DNA of 64,000 nucleotides from Candidatus Aldehydirespiratoraceae bacterium (GTDB taxonomy: Bacteria; Actinomycetota; Acidimicrobiia; Acidimicrobiales; Aldehydirespiratoraceae): positions 2,507,429 to 2,571,428 of the forward strand of contig OZ240617.1 of NCBI GenBank assembly GCA_965198365.1, written 5' to 3'. Of this stretch, positions 1-9,563 are shown one piece after another (position 1 is the first letter of the stretch; every line of letters starts with the position of its first letter). The position numbers and the translations under genes were made by a program. The notes under the pieces were generated by a model. That model had not been told where the DNA came from and did not search any database. It saw only the letters and a list, made by a program, of their open reading frames with translations.

Positions 1-595
1 CCAACTCCTCCACAACATCCTCAAGGGTGACCACACCAGCGGTTCCGCCGTACTCGTCAACAGCAACAGCAAGGTGATAGTGGCCCGCCTGCATCTCTCG
101 CAAGAGATCACCTGCGTGCTTCGTTTCTGGGACGAACCGGGCGCGCCGCATCAGTGTTCGCACCTCCTGCTCGCCGCGTCCGGCACGTTCGGCGCGAGTC
201 AGGTCTTTCATCAGGCATACACCTACGATGTCGTCGATGTCCTCGGCGAAAACGGGGAGGCGACTCAGCCCCTTGTCGATGGCGAGATCGACAACCGCAG
301 TGATGCTGATGTCGGATGCGACTGCGACCATGTCAGTACGAGGCACCATCACTTCTCGCACGATCGTGTCGCCCAGAGCGAACACCGACTCAATCAGTTC
401 TCGCTCCTCATCATCGATCACATCGTCAGCAGCCGCTGCTTCGGTGAGCGCGATCAACTCGTCTTCGGAAGCAACAGGTGCTTCAGAGCGCCTCATGGAA
501 AGGCGCTTGGGGATCCGGTCGGCCAAGGTAAGAGCAACGCCGGCGACAAGCCCGGCAATCAACGCTACGGCAACGGTCAGCAGAATCCAGATCAT
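1..595 (-). CDS. CBS-domain CorC/TlyC-family (hemolysin-like) protein; C-terminus runs off the window
   Basis: Manual minus-strand translation from ATG at 595: MIWILLTVAVALIAGLVAGV (TM helix) ... VMVPRTDMVAV ... GLSRLPVF ... HLAVAVDEYGGTAGVVTLEDVVEEL, a CBS-pair signature. ATGA start/stop overlap with ybeY (592-595). Classic phoH-ybeY-corC order. Absent from the ORF track because it is open-ended. Confidence 0.75.
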   Translation of the reverse strand, partial: MIWILLTVAVALIAGLVAGVALTLADRIPKRLSMRRSEAPVASEDELIALTEAAAADDVIDDEERELIESVFALGDTIVREVMVPRTDMVAVASDISITAVVDLAIDKGLSRLPVFAEDIDDIVGVCLMKDLTRAERAGRGEQEVRTLMRRARFVPETKHAGDLLREMQAGHYHLAVAVDEYGGTAGVVTLEDVVEEL

Positions 596-1065
596 GCGCG
601 GTGGTGTTGGCGGAGAAGAGCCTGCTCGCAGGACTGCATGCGGTTTGTCGTGGCGGTGTCGCAATGGTCGTGTCCAAGCACATGCAATACACCGTGAACG
701 ATCAGCAGCGCCAATTCGTCCTCCAAAGAACCGTCGTGGTCGCCTTGGCCCTCGTGGTCGCTTGCTTGCGCCGCAGCCCGGGCGGGACAAACGACCACAT
801 CACCGATCAGAGACTCGCCAATCTCGACATCGTCTGATCCATCAAGGGGAAACGACAGTACATCGGTCGCATAGCCATTCCCCATGTACTGGTGGTTCAG
901 TCGGGTCATCGCTGATTCGGTTACGAAGATCAAATTGAGTTCGCCGTTCACGACACCCGAAGAGGCGAGCGCCAAAGAAGCGAGACGCTGCCAGCGATCA
1001 GTGTCGATTTCGACGCCACTCTGCTCGTCGAGTACTACCACCACTGGGCTGGCCGTGTCGTTCAC
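592..1065 (-). CDS. ybeY: rRNA maturation endoribonuclease YbeY
   Basis: 157 aa. Zinc motif HGVLHVLGHDH. Overlaps the phoH stop and the corC-like start. Confidence 0.9.
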   Translation of the reverse strand: MNDTASPVVVVLDEQSGVEIDTDRWQRLASLALASSGVVNGELNLIFVTESAMTRLNHQYMGNGYATDVLSFPLDGSDDVEIGESLIGDVVVCPARAAAQASDHEGQGDHDGSLEDELALLIVHGVLHVLGHDHCDTATTNRMQSCEQALLRQHHRA

Positions 1066-2033
1066 GTAGATTCACCGGGGGTTTGGCTACTATCAGTCGC
1101 TTTTTCGTAAGCATCGACGATCTCTTGCACGATGCGGTGACGGACGACATCGCGCTTGGAGAGCCACACAAAACCAATACCGTCGATACCGCCCAGAATC
1201 GGCTCCAAACCCGAGAGTCCGCTGCGCCCGGTAGCCACATCGACTTGGGTGATGTCGCCGGTCACAACTGCTTTGGAACCATGACCAATCCTGGTCAAGA
1301 ACATCTTCATTTGTTCCGCCGTGGTGTTCTGAGCTTCGTCGAGGATTATGAACGAGGAATTGAGCGTGCGTCCTCGCATGAAAGCAAGCGGCGCCACCTC
1401 AACCACGCCCCTTTCCATCAACCGTTCAACACCGTCAGTACCCGCCATGTCGTGTAGCGCGTCGTACAGCGGGCGAAGATACGGATCCACTTTGGCCATC
1501 AGGTCACCCGGCAGGAAACCAAGCCGTTCTCCTGCCTCAACCGCCGGTCGGGTGAGAATAATGCGTTCAACCGAGTTGGACTGAAGCGCCGCAACCGCGG
1601 TGGCAACTGCCAACCAGGACTTACCGGTGCCCGCTGGACCGATCCCGAAGGTGACGACGTTGTTTTCTATCGCTTCCACGTATCGTTTTTGTCCGCTCGA
1701 CTTGGGGCGGATCACTCTGCCTCGGTCGGCCCGGAGAATCTCGTGCGTCAAGACGCTTGAAGGTCGTTCGTCAGCTCGCACCATGTCGATGGTGGAATCG
1801 AGGGTGGTGAGATCGAGGCGTTGGCCGTTCTCAGCCAGCAACACGAGCTCTTCGAAGGTGGTTCTGGCGGCCCCGGCACCCGGACCCGACAGATGCACCT
1901 CGTTGCCTCGCACAGTCACAGTGGTATCGGGGAATGCGTCTTCTATATGGCGCAGATGCTGATCGTACTCACCGAGCAGCGCCCCCATCAGATGATTGCC
2001 CGGAATGTGGAGGGTGATGGTGTGTTCAGTCAT
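1062..2033 (-). CDS. phoH: PhoH-family ATPase
   Basis: 323 aa. Walker A GPAGTGKSWLAVA, IILDEAQN box, typical PhoH length. 4-nt overlap with ybeY. Confidence 0.9.
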   Translation of the reverse strand: MTEHTITLHIPGNHLMGALLGEYDQHLRHIEDAFPDTTVTVRGNEVHLSGPGAGAARTTFEELVLLAENGQRLDLTTLDSTIDMVRADERPSSVLTHEILRADRGRVIRPKSSGQKRYVEAIENNVVTFGIGPAGTGKSWLAVATAVAALQSNSVERIILTRPAVEAGERLGFLPGDLMAKVDPYLRPLYDALHDMAGTDGVERLMERGVVEVAPLAFMRGRTLNSSFIILDEAQNTTAEQMKMFLTRIGHGSKAVVTGDITQVDVATGRSGLSGLEPILGGIDGIGFVWLSKRDVVRHRIVQEIVDAYEKATDSSQTPGEST

Positions 2034-2069
2034 CGGTCACCTTGATATTAGCGCTACCCTCAGGATTTC

Positions 2070-2645
2070 ATGAACAGAAAGCTCTACAGGCAGCCGATCG
2101 ACACCGACCGTGACGATCCTCTGGCCGGCTTGTCCAGCTGGCTTGCTGATCACCAGGTCGACGAAGCTGCCGCTGCTCGAGCCCGCCAAAGATCACTTGA
2201 ACAACAAGCCGCGCAAGAGTCTTCTATCGCTGGAGTCCTCCTCGATTTAGCCGAGCGAGGTAGGCCGGTCACAATCAAAACGGCTGGTGGACAAGTCTGT
2301 TACGGTCAGATCGTTGCGGTAGGTGCTGACTTTGTGTTCGTGCGCGACGAGAACGAAGGCGAACTGCTCATCCCGACTACGGCGATCGCCACAATAGGAA
2401 CCGCTGCAACGGACCGTCCCGTGACAGGTGCCCGCCCACTGTCATCGGTGGTTCTGGCCGACACACTCGACGAACTGGTCGCTGATCAAGCTCATGTGGC
2501 GGTATCAGTCGGTGATGAATGTGTTAGCGGACTGCTGCAAACGGCTGGATCTGATGTGATCGCGGTTGCTGTCGACGAGGCACGCAGACATCGAATCCAC
2601 ATTGCGACCGCCGCGATCGACCATCTGGCGGTGCTGGCGCGCTAG
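2070..2645 (+). CDS. hypothetical protein (two tandem small beta-barrel-like segments)
   Basis: 191-aa ORF with good coding look. Two similar segments (VTIKTAGGQVCYGQIVAVGADFVFV / VAVSVGDECVSGLLQTAGSDVIAV). No family recognised. Confidence 0.5.
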   Translation: MNRKLYRQPIDTDRDDPLAGLSSWLADHQVDEAAAARARQRSLEQQAAQESSIAGVLLDLAERGRPVTIKTAGGQVCYGQIVAVGADFVFVRDENEGELLIPTTAIATIGTAATDRPVTGARPLSSVVLADTLDELVADQAHVAVSVGDECVSGLLQTAGSDVIAVAVDEARRHRIHIATAAIDHLAVLAR

Positions 2646-4120
2646 GGTCGTCGGCTCCGACGTTGGCGCTCCAGAAATCTATACACGTCGAGCAGATCGA
2701 TTCCCGGAAACGGACTGAACTCGCGATCTGAGGGTGGTAGGGCGGAAAGCACGTGGCTGCGTTCCGCGGCCGATGGCCAAGTCACGTCCTTCCATTCGTT
2801 CACCAGCGTTGGATCCGGTTCGATCTCACGGTCTCGGGCATATTCCTTGCGAAGCGTGTCTGATCCGCGGAAATAGTGCGCATACTCAGACGGTGTGCCC
2901 AGGGTGATGGCGTGGGGCCAGCGGTCTGTTTCTGTCTCGATGTAGGTAGTGCAGAAGTACTCTCCGCCATTGGTGACGGTGAACTGGCTGTGCAACAAGA
3001 AACTCCCAGAAGCATTCCAAGCCTGGCGACTGCCCCATTGACGCGGTACCCGCTGTCCTTCGAGACCTCCATCGGGAGCCGCCGGGAAACGGATCCCATC
3101 GTTCTCGTATGCCTTGTTGATCACGCCTTCTCTGTCGGTTCGCAGGAAGTGACAGGGGATACTCAAGTGATGGGTGGCGAGGTTGGTGAAGCGGTGGGCC
3201 GCCATCTCATATGAGATGTAGAAGATCTCCTTGAGGTCTTCCACCGAGATATCGTCGTCGGCCTGAGCTTCACTTAAGAAGTCGACCGCTGGTCCTTCTG
3301 GAGCGAGAATCGCCGCCGCAAAATAGTTGGACTCAATGCGTTGACGAAGGTACTCAGCGAAGTCTCGAGTGTCGTTGTGCTCAAGCGCGAAATGTCCAAG
3401 CGTCTGCAACACCACGGATCGGGCCTCACGGATCTTGAGGCCTCCTCGGTCGGGTATGAAGATGATCTTGTCGCGGGTATCGGTGATGCTGCGGGCGGTT
3501 GGAGGCATCGCCCGAACCCGTTCAATCGTGAACCCCTGACCAGCGACAAGTTCGGTAAGGACTCTTTCGCTGATCGGTCCGGTTCCTGGGTAGTTGGCGT
3601 CAGACAGCGCTTGCGCGGCGATTGCTTCGATTTCAGGATAGTGATTGGCTCGTTCCCGCATTTCGGCTCGCAACGCGATGTTGGCCGCTCGGGCGATGTC
3701 TGCAAAGCGGACCTCAGTCACGGGGTCTTGCCGTATCTGTTGGTTCTTGCAAACCAACTCATTGGCGAGCGCAACTAGATGTTCCAGAACATCATTTCCC
3801 ACTTTGGCTGACGGCTTCAGGTGTGGCAACCCGAGGGCTTGATAGGCAGAATCCGTTTGGGCGCGTGCCAAAGAGATCTCCAGGTAGGTACGACGGTCCG
3901 GAGGTTCGGACGACAGAAAATCGGCCGTGGTCGTCTCAAACATGTCGGCCAGTTCGTTGAGGAGTCTGAGCTTTGGTTCGACCTTGCCGGTTTCGAGTTG
4001 TGACAGATACGGTGCCGGACGTTTCACAACGTCACTCACTTCGGCAAGCGTCATCTGCGCGCGTCGCCTGGCATGGCGCACTCTGCTGCCCAGTACAAGG
4101 AGGTCAATGTCATCTACCAT
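2642..4120 (-). CDS. XRE-HTH plus ImmA/IrrE-like peptidase-domain regulator; RamB/PrpR-type short-chain acyl-CoA regulator candidate
   Basis: 492 aa. N-terminal HTH (MTLAEVSDVVKRPAPYLSQLETGKVEP) and a long C-terminal domain. Divergent from aceB-aceA, as RamB is from icl in mycobacteria/corynebacteria. Confidence 0.7.
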   Translation of the reverse strand: MVDDIDLLVLGSRVRHARRRAQMTLAEVSDVVKRPAPYLSQLETGKVEPKLRLLNELADMFETTTADFLSSEPPDRRTYLEISLARAQTDSAYQALGLPHLKPSAKVGNDVLEHLVALANELVCKNQQIRQDPVTEVRFADIARAANIALRAEMRERANHYPEIEAIAAQALSDANYPGTGPISERVLTELVAGQGFTIERVRAMPPTARSITDTRDKIIFIPDRGGLKIREARSVVLQTLGHFALEHNDTRDFAEYLRQRIESNYFAAAILAPEGPAVDFLSEAQADDDISVEDLKEIFYISYEMAAHRFTNLATHHLSIPCHFLRTDREGVINKAYENDGIRFPAAPDGGLEGQRVPRQWGSRQAWNASGSFLLHSQFTVTNGGEYFCTTYIETETDRWPHAITLGTPSEYAHYFRGSDTLRKEYARDREIEPDPTLVNEWKDVTWPSAAERSHVLSALPPSDREFSPFPGIDLLDVYRFLERQRRSRRP

Positions 4121-4164
4121 TGCATAAGAATGGCAGAATTTTTGATTAATCCAAACTCACACAC

Positions 4165-4195
4165 GAATATTGGATGAATATATCTGGCAATATTC
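4165..4195. promoter_or_regulatory. perfect 8-bp inverted repeat GAATATTG-N15-CAATATTC in the AT-rich regulator/aceB divergent intergenic region
   Basis: Read directly: GAATATTG at 4165-4172, CAATATTC at 4188-4195. The 100-bp intergenic region is much more AT-rich than its flanks. Confidence 0.3.
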
Positions 4196-4220
4196 AGGTC
4201 TATCCGGCTCATACTAAATT

Positions 4221-5783
4221 GTGGTCAAGACGTTGACTCGCTGCGCTGTAACACCTCACCCGTTGGCCGACGCGATCGTGACCGCGCAAGCAGCCGACTT
4301 CCTCTCAGACCTACACCACAATTTCGAGTCCGAGCGGCAAAGACTGCTCGCAGAGCGAGTGATCCGTCAAAACCGCATCGACGCCGGCGAACTCCCCTCG
4401 TTCAGACCTGAAACAGCGCACATCCGCTCAGGCGAATGGGGCGTCGCTCCTCCCCCGCCAGATCTGCGAGATCGCCGCACCGAGGTCACCGGGCCAGTAA
4501 CCGCCGAGTTCATGATCGAAGCCCTCAATTCGGGTGCCAAAGTCTTCATGGCTGATTTCGAAGACGCGACATCGCCGACCTGGCACAACATTTTGACCGG
4601 CCAAGCCAACGTCAAAGCAGCGTACGCAGGCGAGTTGACATCCCTTGATGATGCGTCAGCCACACTGATGGTTCGTACCCGAGCATGGCATCTCGAAGAG
4701 TCGCATATCACTGTTGACGGCAAACCGGTCTCGGCAGCGCTGGCCGACTTCGGGCTTTGCTTCATCCATAACTTCGACACCGCTATCGAACGCGGCAGCG
4801 GGCCTTACTTCTACCTCCCGAAACTGGAAGGCCAAGCGGACGCCCGCCTCTGGAACCAGGTGTTCGACTACACCGAGGATCGTTTTGGCCTGCAAAGAGG
4901 CACGATCCGGGTGACAGTGCTAGTGGAAACGATCTTGGCGGCCTTCGATATGGACGAAATCCTCTTCGAGTTGAGGGACCACATAACCGGCCTCCACACC
5001 GGCAACTGGGACTATCTCTTCAGCGTGGCCAAGACTTTCCGAAAAAACCCTGATTTTTTGCTTCCCGACCGCGACCAGATCACGGTCAAGACCCCGTTCA
5101 TGCGAGCCTTCACCGAATTGTTGGTATCGACTTGTCATCGTCGCCGCGCTCACGCCATAGGTGGCATGTCCGGGGTCATTCCCGACGTCGAAAATCCGGC
5201 ACGCACAGCGGGAGCCTTGCGCAAAGTTGCTGCCGATAAACGCCGCGAAGCCGGAGACGGTTTCGACGGAACCCGCATCGCGGTGCCCCAGATCGTTCCC
5301 ACCGCTGCCGTCGAGTTCGACAAGGTGCTGGGCAACAGATCAAACCAAGTAGAACGCCAACGAGACGACGTCTATGTCACGGCCGGAGATCTGCTCGCCG
5401 TGTCTTCTACCCGCGGCACGGTTACCGAGGGGGGCGTCCGCACCAACATTCGCATCGTGATTCGCTATCTCGGCGAGTGGCTCGTTGGCAACGCTGCGGT
5501 GCCGATCGACGATCACCTTGAGGACACTGCCATGGCAGAGGTTTGCCGAGCACAACTGTGGCAGTGGTGCCATCACCAAGTGCAACTTTCAAACGGACTA
5601 GTCCTCGACCATGGGCTGCTGGAGCGCCTCATAGCCGAAGAGACCGAGATGCTGTGCACAGAACTCGGTGCGCAGGCGTGGTCCGCTGGACGCTTCGTCG
5701 AGGCTCGCGAACTACTGAGGTCGCTGGCCACAACCGACGACTACCACGAATTCCTCACCACCGAGGCCTACCGACTGTTGTGA
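4221..5783 (+). CDS. aceB: malate synthase A
   Basis: 520 aa. MADFEDATSPTWHNILTGQANV matches the DFEDxxxPTWxNxxxGQxN signature. Length and aceA adjacency fit. Confidence 0.9.
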   Translation: MVKTLTRCAVTPHPLADAIVTAQAADFLSDLHHNFESERQRLLAERVIRQNRIDAGELPSFRPETAHIRSGEWGVAPPPPDLRDRRTEVTGPVTAEFMIEALNSGAKVFMADFEDATSPTWHNILTGQANVKAAYAGELTSLDDASATLMVRTRAWHLEESHITVDGKPVSAALADFGLCFIHNFDTAIERGSGPYFYLPKLEGQADARLWNQVFDYTEDRFGLQRGTIRVTVLVETILAAFDMDEILFELRDHITGLHTGNWDYLFSVAKTFRKNPDFLLPDRDQITVKTPFMRAFTELLVSTCHRRRAHAIGGMSGVIPDVENPARTAGALRKVAADKRREAGDGFDGTRIAVPQIVPTAAVEFDKVLGNRSNQVERQRDDVYVTAGDLLAVSSTRGTVTEGGVRTNIRIVIRYLGEWLVGNAAVPIDDHLEDTAMAEVCRAQLWQWCHHQVQLSNGLVLDHGLLERLIAEETEMLCTELGAQAWSAGRFVEARELLRSLATTDDYHEFLTTEAYRLL

Positions 5784-5828
5784 AATACCAAATCCCTACA
5801 CAAATCGACAACGATCAGGAGAGATCAG

Positions 5829-7139
5829 ATGGCTGACAACCCGACAAAGGCCCAGAACCCCAGCTTCGATGCGCAGGTGAAAGCCCTTTCTGCGGACTGG
5901 GCCGACAACGACCGTTGGACCGGACTCACCCGCGACTACACAGCCGCTGACGTCGTGCGCCTACGCGGATCAGTAACCCCCGAACTGACACTGGCGCGAC
6001 AAGGATCAGCAAAGCTCTGGCAGCAACTCAAGACGATGGACTATGTCCACGCCCTAGGCGCCATGACCGGTGGTCAGGCTATTCAGTACGCCAAAGCTGG
6101 TCTCCCCGCCATCTACTTGTCGGGCTGGCAGGTCGCAGGCGATGCCAACCTCTCCGGCCATGTCTATCCCGACCAGTCGCTGTACCCGTCGAACTCGGTG
6201 CCGGCGGTCGTGGCACGGCTCAACAACGCTCTGCGCCGCGCGGATCAGATCGAATGGTCGGAGACTTCTGGCTCTCCCAAGGTGGACTACCTGCTGCCGA
6301 TCCTCGCCGACGCAGAGGCGGGCTTCGGCGGCCCGCTCAACGCCTTTGAACTCATGAAGTCGATGATTGAGGCAGGTGCTGCTGGGGTTCATTGGGAAGA
6401 CCAATTGAGTTCAGCTAAAAAGTGCGGGCACATGGGTGGCAAAGTGCTGATTCCGACCCAACAGCACATCTCAACTTTGAGTGCGGCTCGCCTAGCTGCC
6501 GATGTGGTCGGTGTTGACACGATCATCGTTGCCCGTACCGACGCACTCGGCGCCAACCTCATCACCAGCGATGTGGATGAGCGGGACCGTGAGTTCCTCA
6601 CCGGTGGGCGCTCGTCGGAAGGTTTCTTCTACACCGAACCGGGTCTGGCAACGCCCATCAAACGCAGCCTCGCCTACGCCCCCTACTGTGACCTGATCTG
6701 GTGCGAGACCTCCACGCCCGACCTGGCTGAGGCACGCCAGTTCGCCGAAGCAGTCCACGCCGAGTTCCCCGACAAGATGTTGGCCTACAACTGCTCCCCG
6801 TCGTTCAACTGGTCCGCAACTCTGGATGACTCGACCATCGCCAAGTTCCAAAAAGAGTTGGGCTCAATGGGCTATGCATTCCAGTTCATCACCCTCGCCG
6901 GGTGGCATGCCCTCAACGCCTCCGCCTTCGAGTTGGCACACGGCTACAACGCTTCAGACATGTCGGCCTACGTCGAATTGCAGCAACGTGAATTCGGCAT
7001 GGAAGGCGAGGGCTATACCGCCACGCGCCACCAACGCGAGGTTGGGGCGGGTTACTTCGACGATGTGGCAACGGTGATCTCCGGTGGCAAAGCGTCAACT
7101 CTGGCGCTCAAGGGCAGCACCGAAGAACAACAGTTCTAA
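5829..7139 (+). CDS. aceA: isocitrate lyase
   Basis: 436 aa. Catalytic KKCGHMGGK motif. [11 protein letters not shown]. Confidence 0.95.
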   Translation: MADNPTKAQNPSFDAQVKALSADWADNDRWTGLTRDYTAADVVRLRGSVTPELTLARQGSAKLWQQLKTMDYVHALGAMTGGQAIQYAKAGLPAIYLSGWQVAGDANLSGHVYPDQSLYPSNSVPAVVARLNNALRRADQIEWSETSGSPKVDYLLPILADAEAGFGGPLNAFELMKSMIEAGAAGVHWEDQLSSAKKCGHMGGKVLIPTQQHISTLSAARLAADVVGVDTIIVARTDALGANLITSDVDERDREFLTGGRSSEGFFYTEPGLATPIKRSLAYAPYCDLIWCETSTPDLAEARQFAEAVHAEFPDKMLAYNCSPSFNWSATLDDSTIAKFQKELGSMGYAFQFITLAGWHALNASAFELAHGYNASDMSAYVELQQREFGMEGEGYTATRHQREVGAGYFDDVATVISGGKASTLALKGSTEEQQF

Positions 7140-7185
7140 GAGTGCTCGGGTTTGTGAACTTCCTGCGATCCAAGGGCTCAGCAAC

Positions 7186-8349
7186 TCAGCGAACCGGCGT
7201 CCATATAGGTAGCCCACGTTTTGCCCGAGTGAACACGACCTGCCAGAGCTGGATGGCGCGCGCTCGAAAGCCCGCGGCCGAACCCATCAAGTAGTAGTGC
7301 CACATCCGTCGAAAACGTTCGTCGTAGTGCGGGATCTCGTGCCAGCGAGCCGAAATGTTGGCGTGCCAGGCCAACAACGTTCGGGTGTAGTACGGACCGA
7401 AGTTGTGGACATCTTCGATCGTCCAGTGGGATTGCGCAGCTTTGCCGATCTGGCCGAGCGAGGGCAGCACACCCCCTGGAAAGATGTACCGATCAAACCA
7501 GGGATCACCAGCCGTTCGCCAGTCGTTTGAACCGATGGTGTGGTGCAGCATCATCCCATCGGGATCAAGGAGTTCACGGCACTTGTCAAAAAATATCGGC
7601 AAGTTCTTCGGACCCACATGTTCCATCATTCCAATCGAGGTGATGCGGTCATAGGTGCCGTCGAGATCGCGATAATCGCCCTGCACAATTTCTACCGGCA
7701 GACCACGACAGCGTTGTCTCGCTACCGCGATCTGCTCTTCCGCCGGAGAGACTCCCGTCACCTCAACCTGATAGCGCTCCGCCGCGAACTGCGCGAAACC
7801 ACCCCAACCACAGCCAATATCAAGCAGTGTCATACCTGCTTGGAGCCCCAGCTTGCGACAAATGAGCTCCAGCTTGGCTTCCTGAGCCCGATCCAGGGCA
7901 GTGACGTCTGAGTCAGCCCGGTTATCTGAGCTGGGACCGTCGTGTTCGGCTATGTCGAGCCAGTAGGCACACGAGTAGATCATTCGCTGGTCGAGCATTC
8001 GCTCGTACAAATCGTTGCCGATGTTGTAGTGAGCCTGTGCATTGCGGCGGGCCCTTGCCTTCGATTGCCGGTTCATGATCGTGGCCTTGACCCCCAGCAC
8101 CAGTATTTGAGGGCTCGGTGTCACCATTGATCGAAGATCGGCTGTTTGGACCACAGTCAGGAACTCGTCGAGTTGGTTGGCGTCCCACCAACCATCCATG
8201 TACGACTCGCCCAAGCCCAGTTCCCGATCTCTGAGAATGCGCGACCAAAGACGATCATCGTGAATATGAATGTCGCGCGGCGCGTCGCCACCGACAGTTA
8301 TGCCCGCGGCGTCAAGAAGTTTGAGTCCCGTACTCTTCGCGTCTGGCAC
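7186..8349 (-). CDS. cyclopropane-fatty-acyl-phospholipid synthase family SAM-dependent methyltransferase
   Basis: 387 aa. SAM motif LLDIGCGWGGFAQFAAERY. HYNIGNDLYERMLD typical of the CFA/mycolic acid MTase family. Confidence 0.8.
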   Translation of the reverse strand: MPDAKSTGLKLLDAAGITVGGDAPRDIHIHDDRLWSRILRDRELGLGESYMDGWWDANQLDEFLTVVQTADLRSMVTPSPQILVLGVKATIMNRQSKARARRNAQAHYNIGNDLYERMLDQRMIYSCAYWLDIAEHDGPSSDNRADSDVTALDRAQEAKLELICRKLGLQAGMTLLDIGCGWGGFAQFAAERYQVEVTGVSPAEEQIAVARQRCRGLPVEIVQGDYRDLDGTYDRITSIGMMEHVGPKNLPIFFDKCRELLDPDGMMLHHTIGSNDWRTAGDPWFDRYIFPGGVLPSLGQIGKAAQSHWTIEDVHNFGPYYTRTLLAWHANISARWHEIPHYDERFRRMWHYYLMGSAAGFRARAIQLWQVVFTRAKRGLPIWTPVR

Positions 8350-8431
8350 TGATCCCCCGTATCGCTATCCATCGACGAATAGCCGCGGATACTATCGGCG
8401 TTCGCTTGCCTACTCAAAAGGAAAATAGCCC

Positions 8432-8599
8432 ATGACCAACCCAATTCCAGACAACTACCCGAGACTCACTCCAGCGCTCTGCGTTGACGGAGCGAGTGAT
8501 GCCATAGAGTTCTATACGAATGTGCTCAAACAACGAATGGCGAATGAGCCACTGCGACCAACAACACGGCGGAAGCTGAGGATCGGTGGCAGAACTTGA
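8432..8599 (+). pseudogene. truncated remnant of a PhnB/VOC (glyoxalase-fold) gene
   Basis: Manual translation MTNPIPDNYPRLTPALCVDGASDAIEFYTNVLKQRMANEP... The first ~35 aa resemble the N-terminus of PhnB-like VOC proteins (...TPxLxVxxAxxAIEFYxxxF). The ORF stops after 55 codons and the rest of the fold is missing. Confidence 0.35.
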
Positions 8600-8684
8600 A
8601 CTACAGTTACGTCTGCAAATCCGTCAAGGAGACTAGGTCGGCTGCCCCGCCATCATTCAGAAAAGCGGGAGAAGGGAGAAGGCA

Positions 8685-9527
8685 ATGGCAGAGAAGGTGA
8701 ATGCAGCGATCGTCCAAGTGGCTTGGACAGGAGACAAAGAGTCGATGATCGAGGTCCACGAGAAGTACGTGGCGGAAGCCGCCGCCGCCGGCGTACAGGT
8801 CATGTGCTTTCAAGAGTTGTTTTATGGACCCTACTTTTGCCAGGTTCAAGATGCTGAGTTCTACTCGTACGCCGAGGCCATCCCCGATGGCTCCACTACG
8901 AAGCGTTTTCAAGAGCTGGCCGCGCGTCATGAAATGGTGCTCGTGCTCCCGATGTACGAAGAAGAACAGCCCGGATTCTTGTACAACACAGCCGCGGTTA
9001 TCGACGCTGACGGTTCTTACCTCGGTAAGTACCGCAAGACTCATATCCCTCAGATTCAGGGATTCTGGGAGAAGTTTTATTTCCGCCCCGGAAATCTGGG
9101 TTACCCGGTATTCGACACGGCGGTCGGCAAGGTCGGCGTCTACATCTGTTACGACCGGCACTTCCCTGAGGGCTGGCGAGCTCTGGGATTGGGAGGAGCG
9201 CAGATCGTCTTCAACCCCTCGGCCACCAGCCGCGGTCTCTCGGCCTATCTCTGGCAACTTGAACAGAGCGCCGCAGCGGTCGCCAACATGTATTTCGTGG
9301 GTGCCATAAATCGGGTCGGGGTCGAACCCCTAGGTGACAACGACTTCTACGGGACGTCCTACTTTGCGACTCCAAGGGGCCAAATCTTGGACGGAGCCGC
9401 TTCGGATCAAACCGAAGAGTTGGTGCTGCGAGAGTTGGATCTTTCACAAATTGCCGAGGTCCGCAACCAGTGGGCGTTCTACCGGGACCGGCGCCCCGAC
9501 CAGTACGGAGGGCTGACCGCACCCTGA
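8685..9527 (+). CDS. carbon-nitrogen hydrolase (beta-ureidopropionase / N-carbamoyl amidohydrolase-like)
   Basis: 280 aa. CN-hydrolase E-K-C triad contexts (CFQELF, YRKTHIP, VYICYDRHFPE). Immediately upstream of the hydantoinase. Confidence 0.8.
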   Translation: MAEKVNAAIVQVAWTGDKESMIEVHEKYVAEAAAAGVQVMCFQELFYGPYFCQVQDAEFYSYAEAIPDGSTTKRFQELAARHEMVLVLPMYEEEQPGFLYNTAAVIDADGSYLGKYRKTHIPQIQGFWEKFYFRPGNLGYPVFDTAVGKVGVYICYDRHFPEGWRALGLGGAQIVFNPSATSRGLSAYLWQLEQSAAAVANMYFVGAINRVGVEPLGDNDFYGTSYFATPRGQILDGAASDQTEELVLRELDLSQIAEVRNQWAFYRDRRPDQYGGLTAP

Positions 9528-9563
9528 GTTGCTGACCAAAGAAGAATATTGGAGGAGACCGAC

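Noticed and set aside
8607-9257. 216-aa minus-strand ORF over the CN-hydrolase gene
   Set aside because: It has no recognisable motifs and lies antisense to a gene with a clear CN-hydrolase E-K-C triad context.
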